64,000 nt of DNA from a virus (lineage: Duplodnaviria; Caudoviricetes). The DNA lies in IMG/VR virus record IMGVR_UViG_3300001485_000138, positions 1-64,000 of that record. One strand, 5' to 3'. Below, in pieces: positions 48,701-55,509 of this stretch. Under the pieces are notes generated by a model. That model saw nothing but the letters and a program-made list of their open reading frames with translations. It was not told the DNA's origin and did no database searches. Within the stretch, counting starts at the first letter, position 1. The number at the start of each line of letters is the position of its first letter. Position numbers and translations under genes: made by a program.

Positions 48701-50668
48701 GGAAAGGCTCTATATAAAAAGATGAACTCTTACAGAAAACCTCAAGGCATTACTGAAACTATATATGAAGGTTCTAAGAACAGGGCATTTAACAGGTATA
48801 TCAAGTTCCTCGACAAACAGGTATATGGAATTTCTTCAAGTTATTTTAGTTTCTCACTTTTTGGTAAGCAAATAGTACCTGCAAGAATCATGAACAATCT
48901 AAGCAGTCTGGCAGGATTTACTTACCTGCAAGGTAATGTTCTTGGCGGTATGGTAAATACCAATACTGGTTTCCTCAATATATTCAAAGAAGCTCTGTCA
49001 AGTGAGTTTTTCAATACTAAAGATTGGGGATGGGCACATAGATGGTATTTTAAACACTTCTTCCAAATGTGGGGGTCTGATGCTGGTAAAATACACAAAA
49101 ATAATAAGCTGGGACTATTCCTTGAAATGGTAAATGCTCAAGGAGATAACAAAACTAAATTCAGGCATTGGAGAACTAACAGAAGCAGAGTTACCAACTT
49201 CCTTAATATGTCAGGGTATCTCCCCTACTCTTCTGGAGACCACTACATGCAGGCCATGTCATACCTCTCTGTTGCTCATGGAACAAATCTATATGACATC
49301 TATGGTAATAAAGTTTCTAACCTGTGGGATGCCTATAAGACAAGAGAGAATAAGGATGACTTAGGTGATTTCAAGAAAGGCAAAACCATTGAGTTTGAAA
49401 AACTAAACCCTGTGGCAGCTACATCCATAACAATAAAAGACATAGATTCTAAGGGAGTTTATCTTAAACCTATAAAGAGAAATGACCAAACATTCTATGA
49501 GTGGGCTATAACTCAAGATGCAAGATTTGCTGATGATGCTTACAGAAGGGATAATCAGTATGAGTATTTCCAACTTAAGGAAAAGTTTGACAACTTATCT
49601 GAGAAAGAACTCATGCAGTACGTATCACAAAGATATCAATTAGCAGAAAGTATCCTCAGAAAAGTTGAAAACTATAAGAATGACACAAGTCCACTTAAAG
49701 TAGTTCCAACTTTTACACAAGAGGAAGAAGACTACCTGAGAATGTTAGGAAGAGGTGATACAGAATACGACAATATCCTTGCATCTGTCAAGAATGATAT
49801 ATTCAGCTTGATATGGAATAAAGATGAAGAGTCTGCATATATGGACAAATGTCGTGAAATAAATAACAGGCTGCATGGTATATATAATCAGCAAGATAAA
49901 ACTGCTGCACAACAAAACTGGTTCTTTAATGCTGTACTTGCTATGAGGGGATGGGCTCTTGGAAATCTTGAAAATATGTGGTCAAATAATCACTACAGTA
50001 TGGCTCTTGACAGATATACTGAAGGATTTATGAACACTGCCCTTAAAGTAGGTATTGATGGTTTTTGGAGAAGAAGGATAGATACCGAAAATAGGCTTAC
50101 CATAATACAAGCTCTGACAGCCATTACTGTTCCTTGGTCTCAAAGAAGCAAGAACGCTATGAATAAAGCTGGGTATTCTATTACACAGTATAATAATATG
50201 AAAAGATTTGCTGCACACATGTACCTCATGACGTTGTTATATCTTGCTAAATGGGCTACTACGCCTCCTCCAAAAGAAGAAGATGAAGATGGAAACCCTT
50301 GGATAGTAAATATGATGTATTACCTATCCATGCGTGCATACTATGAACAATCTGCATTAGCAGCTTCTATTGACTTCATAAACTCTGCAACCGAAATGCA
50401 TCAGCTTGCAGAAATAGTACCGGTAGGTATTTCTGCTACTATTCAATTAGGAGAATTGCTATGGCAGCTTGTCAACACCCCATTCCATGAAGAAGATAAT
50501 AGTGATTACTACTATCAACAGGACGATCCAAATGGAAAATATAAGGAAGGTGATTGGAAAGCTCTTATTAAAATCAGAGGCATGATACCATATTATAAAT
50601 CCCTATGGGGACTTCAGCACCCAGATGCAGCTGCTGATGCTTATTCATTCGGAAGAAAGATGAAATAA
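45758..50668 (+). CDS. large virion/ejection protein of the RNAP cluster (1636 aa) with degenerate zincin motif
   Basis: Size and position; LAEEAGH (230-234) where HExxH is expected. Confidence 0.65.
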   Translation: MAEACALKAHVKNPQGEIVESRLFNDLLHYTSNDRQLTKEYYAVGTDKDFLNMVQDREEFKTDENGEITFASLRTLTKMDIEADKLLKVLNKDIGQGEYDYEEALRRVQNFNTHNPMADRAMAILTPTSGGRYTVSVTMNTSTVTDIDGKESKESNVSDTQKKLHDTVRNKEVEKRIIALLRGHHVSVDFLENKQDGGRYSTENISAAEDGLYALITINGGGNVTDTLAEEAGHFAIGAMGNHPLVQRLEKILSSPEAQKEALGQEEYENTALGKNPAREVAGRLVGKALQRKLGNNSSINVLANRIANIAKRMFAKISGNEVRWAAAKAEQIANRIAYQFIEGNSNFSVQNAIDIEETMMHGTTTMNQRIFRDTVDELGRLCKRLEAISEDNFAGQANMALGLSMLASVDETSGESALQMAGQTADAFAFDGVVQAVVQISNFLGQGMRIDNMLSEIDSRNPSKFYTNMAANGRKLRQVRTFLYSARSIIDNISQSLDYDARVKLNTVGPSAHEVQYQDSNNVWQTLDLINTLEQCSKLVRHYEQKLNIKESAYFAQFCTDVYGHKYISGATGVLWKDIREGQSAGEERKITFEDAISGEGITDIDIFHRFLGSMSNNPDVVGQIADKVMKTANKNADDFTLRDTEDILILDQRARDLGLNMSDLMEKDTEGVPTGNLITPPAQPNDNNPEETAIYNAYMNELNYVPAINHGAWEAARDKAKQEAWEEFKEANPGWESWVGIYRGLKWDEFYRKRYKEWNKNNSILIKVTNPQTGREYSKWIPNGIYTTDAWSELEKKYPKKGNDSILRWVSDYMAVKKRLDDKLPMEATLSYRLPQVRGTLIDTMRNTEMQQSGNFRRFKAFNKGLRRRILDSFVVQADETDFGDMSTMNSSKDELLGTPLNYEQERSMRLTTFGINKLDDMRDLSNDILGSLIAYSSMANSYMCTDAVVDALEVGRSTLYTREFKDDWLDRQLKKTKGGKALYKKMNSYRKPQGITETIYEGSKNRAFNRYIKFLDKQVYGISSSYFSFSLFGKQIVPARIMNNLSSLAGFTYLQGNVLGGMVNTNTGFLNIFKEALSSEFFNTKDWGWAHRWYFKHFFQMWGSDAGKIHKNNKLGLFLEMVNAQGDNKTKFRHWRTNRSRVTNFLNMSGYLPYSSGDHYMQAMSYLSVAHGTNLYDIYGNKVSNLWDAYKTRENKDDLGDFKKGKTIEFEKLNPVAATSITIKDIDSKGVYLKPIKRNDQTFYEWAITQDARFADDAYRRDNQYEYFQLKEKFDNLSEKELMQYVSQRYQLAESILRKVENYKNDTSPLKVVPTFTQEEEDYLRMLGRGDTEYDNILASVKNDIFSLIWNKDEESAYMDKCREINNRLHGIYNQQDKTAAQQNWFFNAVLAMRGWALGNLENMWSNNHYSMALDRYTEGFMNTALKVGIDGFWRRRIDTENRLTIIQALTAITVPWSQRSKNAMNKAGYSITQYNNMKRFAAHMYLMTLLYLAKWATTPPPKEEDEDGNPWIVNMMYYLSMRAYYEQSALAASIDFINSATEMHQLAEIVPVGISATIQLGELLWQLVNTPFHEEDNSDYYYQQDDPNGKYKEGDWKALIKIRGMIPYYKSLWGLQHPDAAADAYSFGRKMK

Positions 50669-50723
50669 TAATTGCTATCTGGACTTTACAAATCATCCAG
50701 ACTTGTTGATGAAAATGTTGTTA

Positions 50724-50763
50724 GGAGAGGGAGTAATACCAACTTCCTCTCCCTTTCTTTTTT
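50724..50763 (+). terminator. intrinsic terminator
   Basis: GGAGAGGGAG/CTTCCTCTCC stem followed by a T-rich tract. Confidence 0.8.
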
Positions 50764-50782
50764 CCATCTGAGCCAAAACTCC

Positions 50783-50790
50783 TACCTTTG
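50783..50790 (+). promoter_or_regulatory. Bacteroidota -7 promoter element
   Basis: TACCTTTG 12 nt before the ATG at 50802. Confidence 0.6.
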
Positions 50791-50801
50791 CAGAAAAAGA
50801 C

Positions 50802-51449
50802 ATGTGGGAGAAAATCAAAAATAGCGGAATATCAAGAGGAATAAAAAAGCATATAAAAATTATAGCACTAATATTCCTAATGGTAGAAGTATATATAATG
50901 TTTATAATAAATCCACACAATGAATACTCTACTTCTATTAAACTGTCGATTGCCATTTGTGGGTCTATTGCTATTGATTTTTTATTATTGGGAATTATAG
51001 TGGCCATTTCAATAACCTACAATATTACAAAATCTGTAGCATACGGAATATGTAAAGGTTTAAAATTTATTAAAGAAAAATGTAAAAAGGAAAAAGACGC
51101 CTTTAAAGCAATCGGAGGATTTTTATTTATGATTATTCTTGTTGCTACTGGTATATGTGTTGTCTTTGCTGTAGGATGGGTTTTAGACCAAATTAAAGAT
51201 ATACTTGCAGTTATATTTTGTATTATTTTATATCTTATAATTATAATATTATACATTTATTTATTATGTCATAATTACAAATATTTTAGAGAAAAGCATA
51301 GTATATTTGGTTCAAGCATGCTATCCTTCTTTAGATCGACTTTTATTTTTTGTATTATAGGAGGTGTACTACATTTTATAGGAAAATGTGCACCAGATTT
51401 TGATACTACTGAATATCCAGGAAGATTAAAGATGGAACATCGTAGGTAA
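50802..51449 (+). CDS. AT-rich polytopic membrane protein (215 aa)
   Basis: About 5 Ile/Phe-rich TM segments; own promoter; followed by hairpin copy 11. Confidence 0.75.
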   Translation: MWEKIKNSGISRGIKKHIKIIALIFLMVEVYIMFIINPHNEYSTSIKLSIAICGSIAIDFLLLGIIVAISITYNITKSVAYGICKGLKFIKEKCKKEKDAFKAIGGFLFMIILVATGICVVFAVGWVLDQIKDILAVIFCIILYLIIIILYIYLLCHNYKYFREKHSIFGSSMLSFFRSTFIFCIIGGVLHFIGKCAPDFDTTEYPGRLKMEHRR

Positions 51450-51468
51450 ATGTAAAGTTTTCAGCAAT

Positions 51469-51497
51469 AGTCAGTGCAGCCTGATTTGGTCAGGCTG
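51469..51497 (+). promoter_or_regulatory. AGTHAGTG-hairpin element, copy 11 (at the convergence point)
   Basis: AGTCAGTG-CAGCCTGA-TTTGG-TCAGGCTG. Confidence 0.85.
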
Positions 51498-51510
51498 TTC
51501 CTACATTTAC

Positions 51511-51942
51511 TCACACCTTCCTCCACTCCCTCCACATTCTCTCCACTAAATACCCTATAGTATAAGCAGGTTCCTCTCCTCTATCCTCAACATCATAGGC
51601 TAATAACATTGCCTGCTTCACATGTTCTGCCTCATGCACCAAAGAGTTAAGATAATCTCCTCTGTCTTCATGCTCATTAAACAGCACTATACTCACATGA
51701 CTCTCCAAGTTACTATAAGTAACTGCCTTTGCCATCCCACTCCTCATCCACACATATATCTCTTCCAAGTCCCCTATTACCCCATCATAATAGGCATCCA
51801 TAGTTAGTGCTTTGAAGTTTGGCTTCAAAGATAAAAACTCCTTCCTCACATCTCTAACCACATAACCAAAAAGGCTATAGTCCATATCATAATAAACTAT
51901 AACCTTCCAGTATCCATCAACATCTATCACCTGTCTTCCCAT
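51511..51942 (-). CDS. small HExxH (zincin-like) protein, paralog 3
   Basis: LVHEAEH...EEPAYTIGYL. Confidence 0.75.
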   Translation of the reverse strand: MGRQVIDVDGYWKVIVYYDMDYSLFGYVVRDVRKEFLSLKPNFKALTMDAYYDGVIGDLEEIYVWMRSGMAKAVTYSNLESHVSIVLFNEHEDRGDYLNSLVHEAEHVKQAMLLAYDVEDRGEEPAYTIGYLVERMWREWRKV

Positions 51943-51949
51943 CTGTCCA

Positions 51950-51977
51950 CTATGCTGTCATACCATGACAGTCCTAA
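51950..51977 (+). repeat. CTAT-hairpin-YCTAA element, copy C
   Basis: CTAT-GCTGTCAT-ACC-ATGACAGT-CCTAA. Confidence 0.65.
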
Positions 51978-52393
51978 ATCATATCCTCCCACTCAACAGG
52001 GTCATTCATATACATAGTATCTGCATAGAATCTGTTGAATATAAAGCCCTCATCTGCATCTGGGTCATCTACCATATCTTTTACAAACATAGCTAAGTGT
52101 TCCTCATCAGGTACTGACCTGCCCAAATAATCTGCCTTACACATGTTAGCTACATACACTGCATCATACAACTTAGCTCTCTTGACTTTTATTCCATAAG
52201 ATTTCAACAGGGAGTCTATCTGCTCCTTGGTATAAGGTTTAATATGTTCCTTCTCACCATCATCATCTTCCCTATACATCCTATTTACTGCCTCTTCACA
52301 TAACTTCTTGTTGAAGTGACAACCATAGTTATTGATATATACCTTCATTCCCTCCGGTATCTCATCATAACTTCCCATATTCCTATGATACAT
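51974..52393 (-). CDS. conserved hypothetical protein (YGCHFNKKLC...YVANMCKADY family)
   Basis: Track ORF 51974..52423; ATG at 52393 preferred. Confidence 0.8.
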   Translation of the reverse strand: MYHRNMGSYDEIPEGMKVYINNYGCHFNKKLCEEAVNRMYREDDDGEKEHIKPYTKEQIDSLLKSYGIKVKRAKLYDAVYVANMCKADYLGRSVPDEEHLAMFVKDMVDDPDADEGFIFNRFYADTMYMNDPVEWEDMI

Positions 52394-52465
52394 ATTTATC
52401 TTTAATTTAAAAGGCTTGCACAACCTTACATCATTAGATACTCAGTCATGCAAGCCAGTTCAACA

Positions 52466-52696
52466 TTAACCCATATGACTATAACGACTTCTCATTGATG
52501 AAGTACCCTTCATCCTACGCATGTTACTGCGATAGTCAGGCTCTTCCTCAACATCCTCATAGTCCTCACTCTCTTCAAGACAATCTCTGAACTCATCAAT
52601 AAACTCAGACATCTTATCAAGCTTCTTGACCCACTTCTCTTTCTTCTCTGGAGTCATCTTATACATTACTATCATACTAATCTCCTTGTTTTTCAT
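52466..52696 (-). CDS. small charged protein (acidic middle, Arg-rich tail)
   Basis: ORF track. Confidence 0.7.
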   Translation of the reverse strand: MKNKEISMIVMYKMTPEKKEKWVKKLDKMSEFIDEFRDCLEESEDYEDVEEEPDYRSNMRRMKGTSSMRSRYSHMG

Positions 52697-53180
52697 TTCT
52701 TACTTTAAGCAAAGACAGGGCTTCTGCAAGTTGTGACTGAAGACTTCCTACCTGCTCTTTCAATTCTTTCACTTCTGCTGCACTGCTTACATCTGGTCTC
52801 ATCTCTGCCAACACTCCTTTATACTGGGGTATCTGAGCTTCATGATACTTGATATTATCTGCATCTACAGCATCCTCACTAATCTTTAATAAAGATTTCA
52901 CATAGTTATACAGATAGTCTTTATTGTCAGAAAGAATCCAGGAACCTTTACCAAAGTCTGCTATAGTGTCTCCACCATGCACTCCCTTATATTCTTTCTG
53001 AACACCATCTATAATTGCTACTATATCAACATCCATTACAGGAGGTTGTCCAAATGGATTTGAGTTAGTACTATTCATGGAAGGGGTTATCCTTTCAATA
53101 GAACCTGTAACCCACCTCATCTTACCGTTACTTCTATCTACTACATGCAGAATACTGCCTTTACTTAAATTCAGAAACAT
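52677..53180 (-). CDS. hypothetical protein with C-terminal coiled coil
   Basis: ORF track. Confidence 0.75.
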   Translation of the reverse strand: MFLNLSKGSILHVVDRSNGKMRWVTGSIERITPSMNSTNSNPFGQPPVMDVDIVAIIDGVQKEYKGVHGGDTIADFGKGSWILSDNKDYLYNYVKSLLKISEDAVDADNIKYHEAQIPQYKGVLAEMRPDVSSAAEVKELKEQVGSLQSQLAEALSLLKVRNEKQGD

Positions 53181-53206
53181 AGTTAATTACTTTTGAAAAT
53201 TATTCA

Positions 53207-53542
53207 CTAAATATTACTTATCAACTGAAGTGTATCTGCCCACCTATCAAAGTATACCAGATATATACCTGTACCTGGTAAGTCTGCCACTGTTACATTG
53301 GCTCCTCCTGCTATAGTCAAGGTACTGGTAACACCAGCCATTGAGAACTGAACTGGAAGAGTGGTTGTAGTACCTTCAGGAATAATCTCAGAGATATAGA
53401 CCAAAATCAATCCTCTGAAGGGCCTCCCATCAAAGTCAGGAGCAAACTTGAAGGTTACAGCTGTATCTGATACTACTACAGTCTGGGTCTTAATACAAGG
53501 TATGCCATTAATATTTGCATACTGATATGGAAATCTTGCCAT
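53207..53542 (-). CDS. hypothetical beta-rich protein (111 aa)
   Basis: ORF track. Confidence 0.75.
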   Translation of the reverse strand: MARFPYQYANINGIPCIKTQTVVVSDTAVTFKFAPDFDGRPFRGLILVYISEIIPEGTTTTLPVQFSMAGVTSTLTIAGGANVTVADLPGTGIYLVYFDRWADTLQLISNI

Positions 53543-53548
53543 AATTAT

Positions 53549-53579
53549 TTTGCTATTTAAATTATTTTTATTAACTTTG
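53549..53579 (+). promoter_or_regulatory. Bacteroidota promoter for the HNH gene
   Basis: TTTG (53549-52)-19 nt-TAACTTTG (53572-79). Confidence 0.8.
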
Positions 53580-53671
53580 TAGCTGGGAATAGGTAGGAGT
53601 CATGACCTGCTGATAAGAGATAAGTCAACATCTCTTTCCCATTTTTCAATCGTTGACATCATTAAACAAAG

Positions 53672-54355
53672 TTGACAATGACAAACGAAGAATTTATTAA
53701 GAGCATAGCTCTAGAGGGAGAAGAGTGGAGAGATGTAGTCGGATATGAAGGGTACTACATAGTTTCTAATTATGGTAGAATAGCAGTCTTAGAAAGACTG
53801 GTGCATCGAAAACATAGAAATGGTAAGGATGCAAATTTTCTATTAAAACCCCATATATGTAGCACATCTATTGCCCCAAGTACAAATTATTGTAGAATGA
53901 CATTTAAAGCTTTCCACAATAAAGATACACAATTAGTACACCGTGTAGTAGCAGAAGCTTTTATACCAAATCCCAATAATTATACTTGTGTAGACCATAT
54001 TGATGATAATCCCCAAAATAACAATGCTGACAATCTTCAGTGGTGCAGTTATAAAATAAATAATTCCAAACCTCATCATAGAAAAGCTCAGTCTATTGCT
54101 AAAACAGGAAGAGTTGATCCTAAAAGAATTCCTCTTGTTACTCTGAAGAATGGAATACCATATAAAGTATATTCGTCTATGCACGAAGCACATATTACTG
54201 ATGGTCACCAAAACTCAGCAATTTTAAGAGTGCTAAGAGGGCAACTAAAAACACATCATGGGTTACAATGGATGTACCTTTCCGATTATGAATCTCTTAC
54301 AAACAAGTCAAAGAACTCTTTACCTGCTCCTATAACAGCAGATTATCCCCAGTAG
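53672..54355 (+). mobile_element. free-standing NUMOD4-HNH homing endonuclease
   Basis: EEWRDVVGYEGYYIVSNYGRI (NUMOD4); VHRVVAEAF...VDHIDDNPQNNNADNLQWC (HNH); C-terminal NUMOD1-like motif. Confidence 0.92.
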
Positions 54356-55305
54356 CTTTGGCCACCTCCCCAGTAGTTACCCATCCAAGGAGTCTGACTC
54401 ACAGCAACCAAATTAGGATATGTTACTGGAACAGTAGAAGGTTGCTTAGCTGCAATAGCATCAATCTTGTCGTCAAGGGCATGGAATGCCGCATTAAACT
54501 GAAGAGTCTGCTTATCGTTGCTGATTTGATTTCTCAACTGGGTAATAACATCACCCTGAGCATTGATTTGGTTCTGGAGTTCACGCTCTTTTAACTGGCA
54601 GAACTGATCAGTTATCATGGCATTCTGAGCCTGAATAGCACCAAGAATACTATTAGTATTATTAGCTGCCTGAGTCTGCAAAGCATTAGTTTGCTGACAT
54701 ACACTCAGTTGGTCTGCTGCTTCATTCTGTGCCATTTGAAGCTGGGTAGCTGCAAAGTTCCTTGCTGAATCTGCTTGAAGGGTAGCTGTCTGATTAGCTA
54801 TAGCAAGCCTGTTTTCACAGCAACACTCACAGAGTTGTCTGCCAAGGGCAGCATCACCATTCTGAATAGCATTGATTACCTGCATTCCAGTCATACCTAC
54901 CTGACTACCAATGTCTGCAAGCTTTGAATTTGCAATAGCAACAGCATTGCGTACATCACTAATACTTGTGTTAGTAGTATTAGCAAGCTGAGCAATAGCA
55001 TCAGAATTATAACGAAGAGCATTAAGAATAGTTTCTTTGTCATTGTTGTTATTAAGCTGGTTAGAGAGAAAGCCTGTACCAAGCAGGTTAGCTCCACCAC
55101 CATAACCACCAAAGCCTCCGAAACCTCCATACATTCCATTAAGGAAAGGAAGGATGAAAGGATACATAAACATCATCCAGAGAGGATTATTCATACCTCC
55201 AAAACCACCATTGCCATTAAGGGCAGCAATAGTAGCTACATCAGAAAGGCCACTACGTCCTGTAGCACCATCTGAAAATACATAAACACCATCATTTTGT
55301 GCCAT
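54343..55305 (-). CDS. Gly-rich, coiled-coil CECCC protein of unknown function (320 aa)
   Basis: GGFGGFGGYGGG segment, GRQLCECCCENR, Gln/Asn-rich coiled coil. Confidence 0.8.
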   Translation of the reverse strand: MAQNDGVYVFSDGATGRSGLSDVATIAALNGNGGFGGMNNPLWMMFMYPFILPFLNGMYGGFGGFGGYGGGANLLGTGFLSNQLNNNNDKETILNALRYNSDAIAQLANTTNTSISDVRNAVAIANSKLADIGSQVGMTGMQVINAIQNGDAALGRQLCECCCENRLAIANQTATLQADSARNFAATQLQMAQNEAADQLSVCQQTNALQTQAANNTNSILGAIQAQNAMITDQFCQLKERELQNQINAQGDVITQLRNQISNDKQTLQFNAAFHALDDKIDAIAAKQPSTVPVTYPNLVAVSQTPWMGNYWGGGQSYWG

Positions 55306-55388
55306 AGTTTCTTTTTCTTTTTAATCATTAAACATTGTTCTCTTTGCTGCATCATTGTTGCAGCTACATTATCCTTGCAAAGACACTG

Positions 55389-55396
55389 CAAAGTTA
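55389..55396 (-). promoter_or_regulatory. Bacteroidota -7 promoter element for the minus-strand operon
   Basis: CAAAGTTA on + = TAACTTTG on -; no clear -33 box. Confidence 0.6.
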
Positions 55397-55427
55397 GGCA
55401 CAATATATCTCAATGTCTAATATTACC

Positions 55428-55473
55428 AAAAACAAAAATAATCCACTAACTATCAATGAGTTAATGGATTATT
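55428..55473 (-). terminator. intrinsic terminator after the 2520-aa gene
   Basis: 15-bp stem 55437-51/55459-73 (one G.U on the - strand) followed by a U-tract (A-run 55428-37 on +). Confidence 0.8.
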
Positions 55474-55509
55474 CATTACTTAAAAAGTCTGTGTGTAAAG
55501 ATTTTCCTT

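Noticed and set aside
11193-51497. Treating the repeated hairpins as a CRISPR array, integron attC sites or ordinary terminators
   Set aside because: They are dispersed rather than regularly spaced, no cas or integrase gene is present, the flanked genes are core replication genes, and there is no U-tract on either strand.
53543-54355. Group I intron surrounding the HNH gene
   Set aside because: Both flanking genes look complete, the HNH is antisense with its own promoter, and no intron core elements were recognisable.
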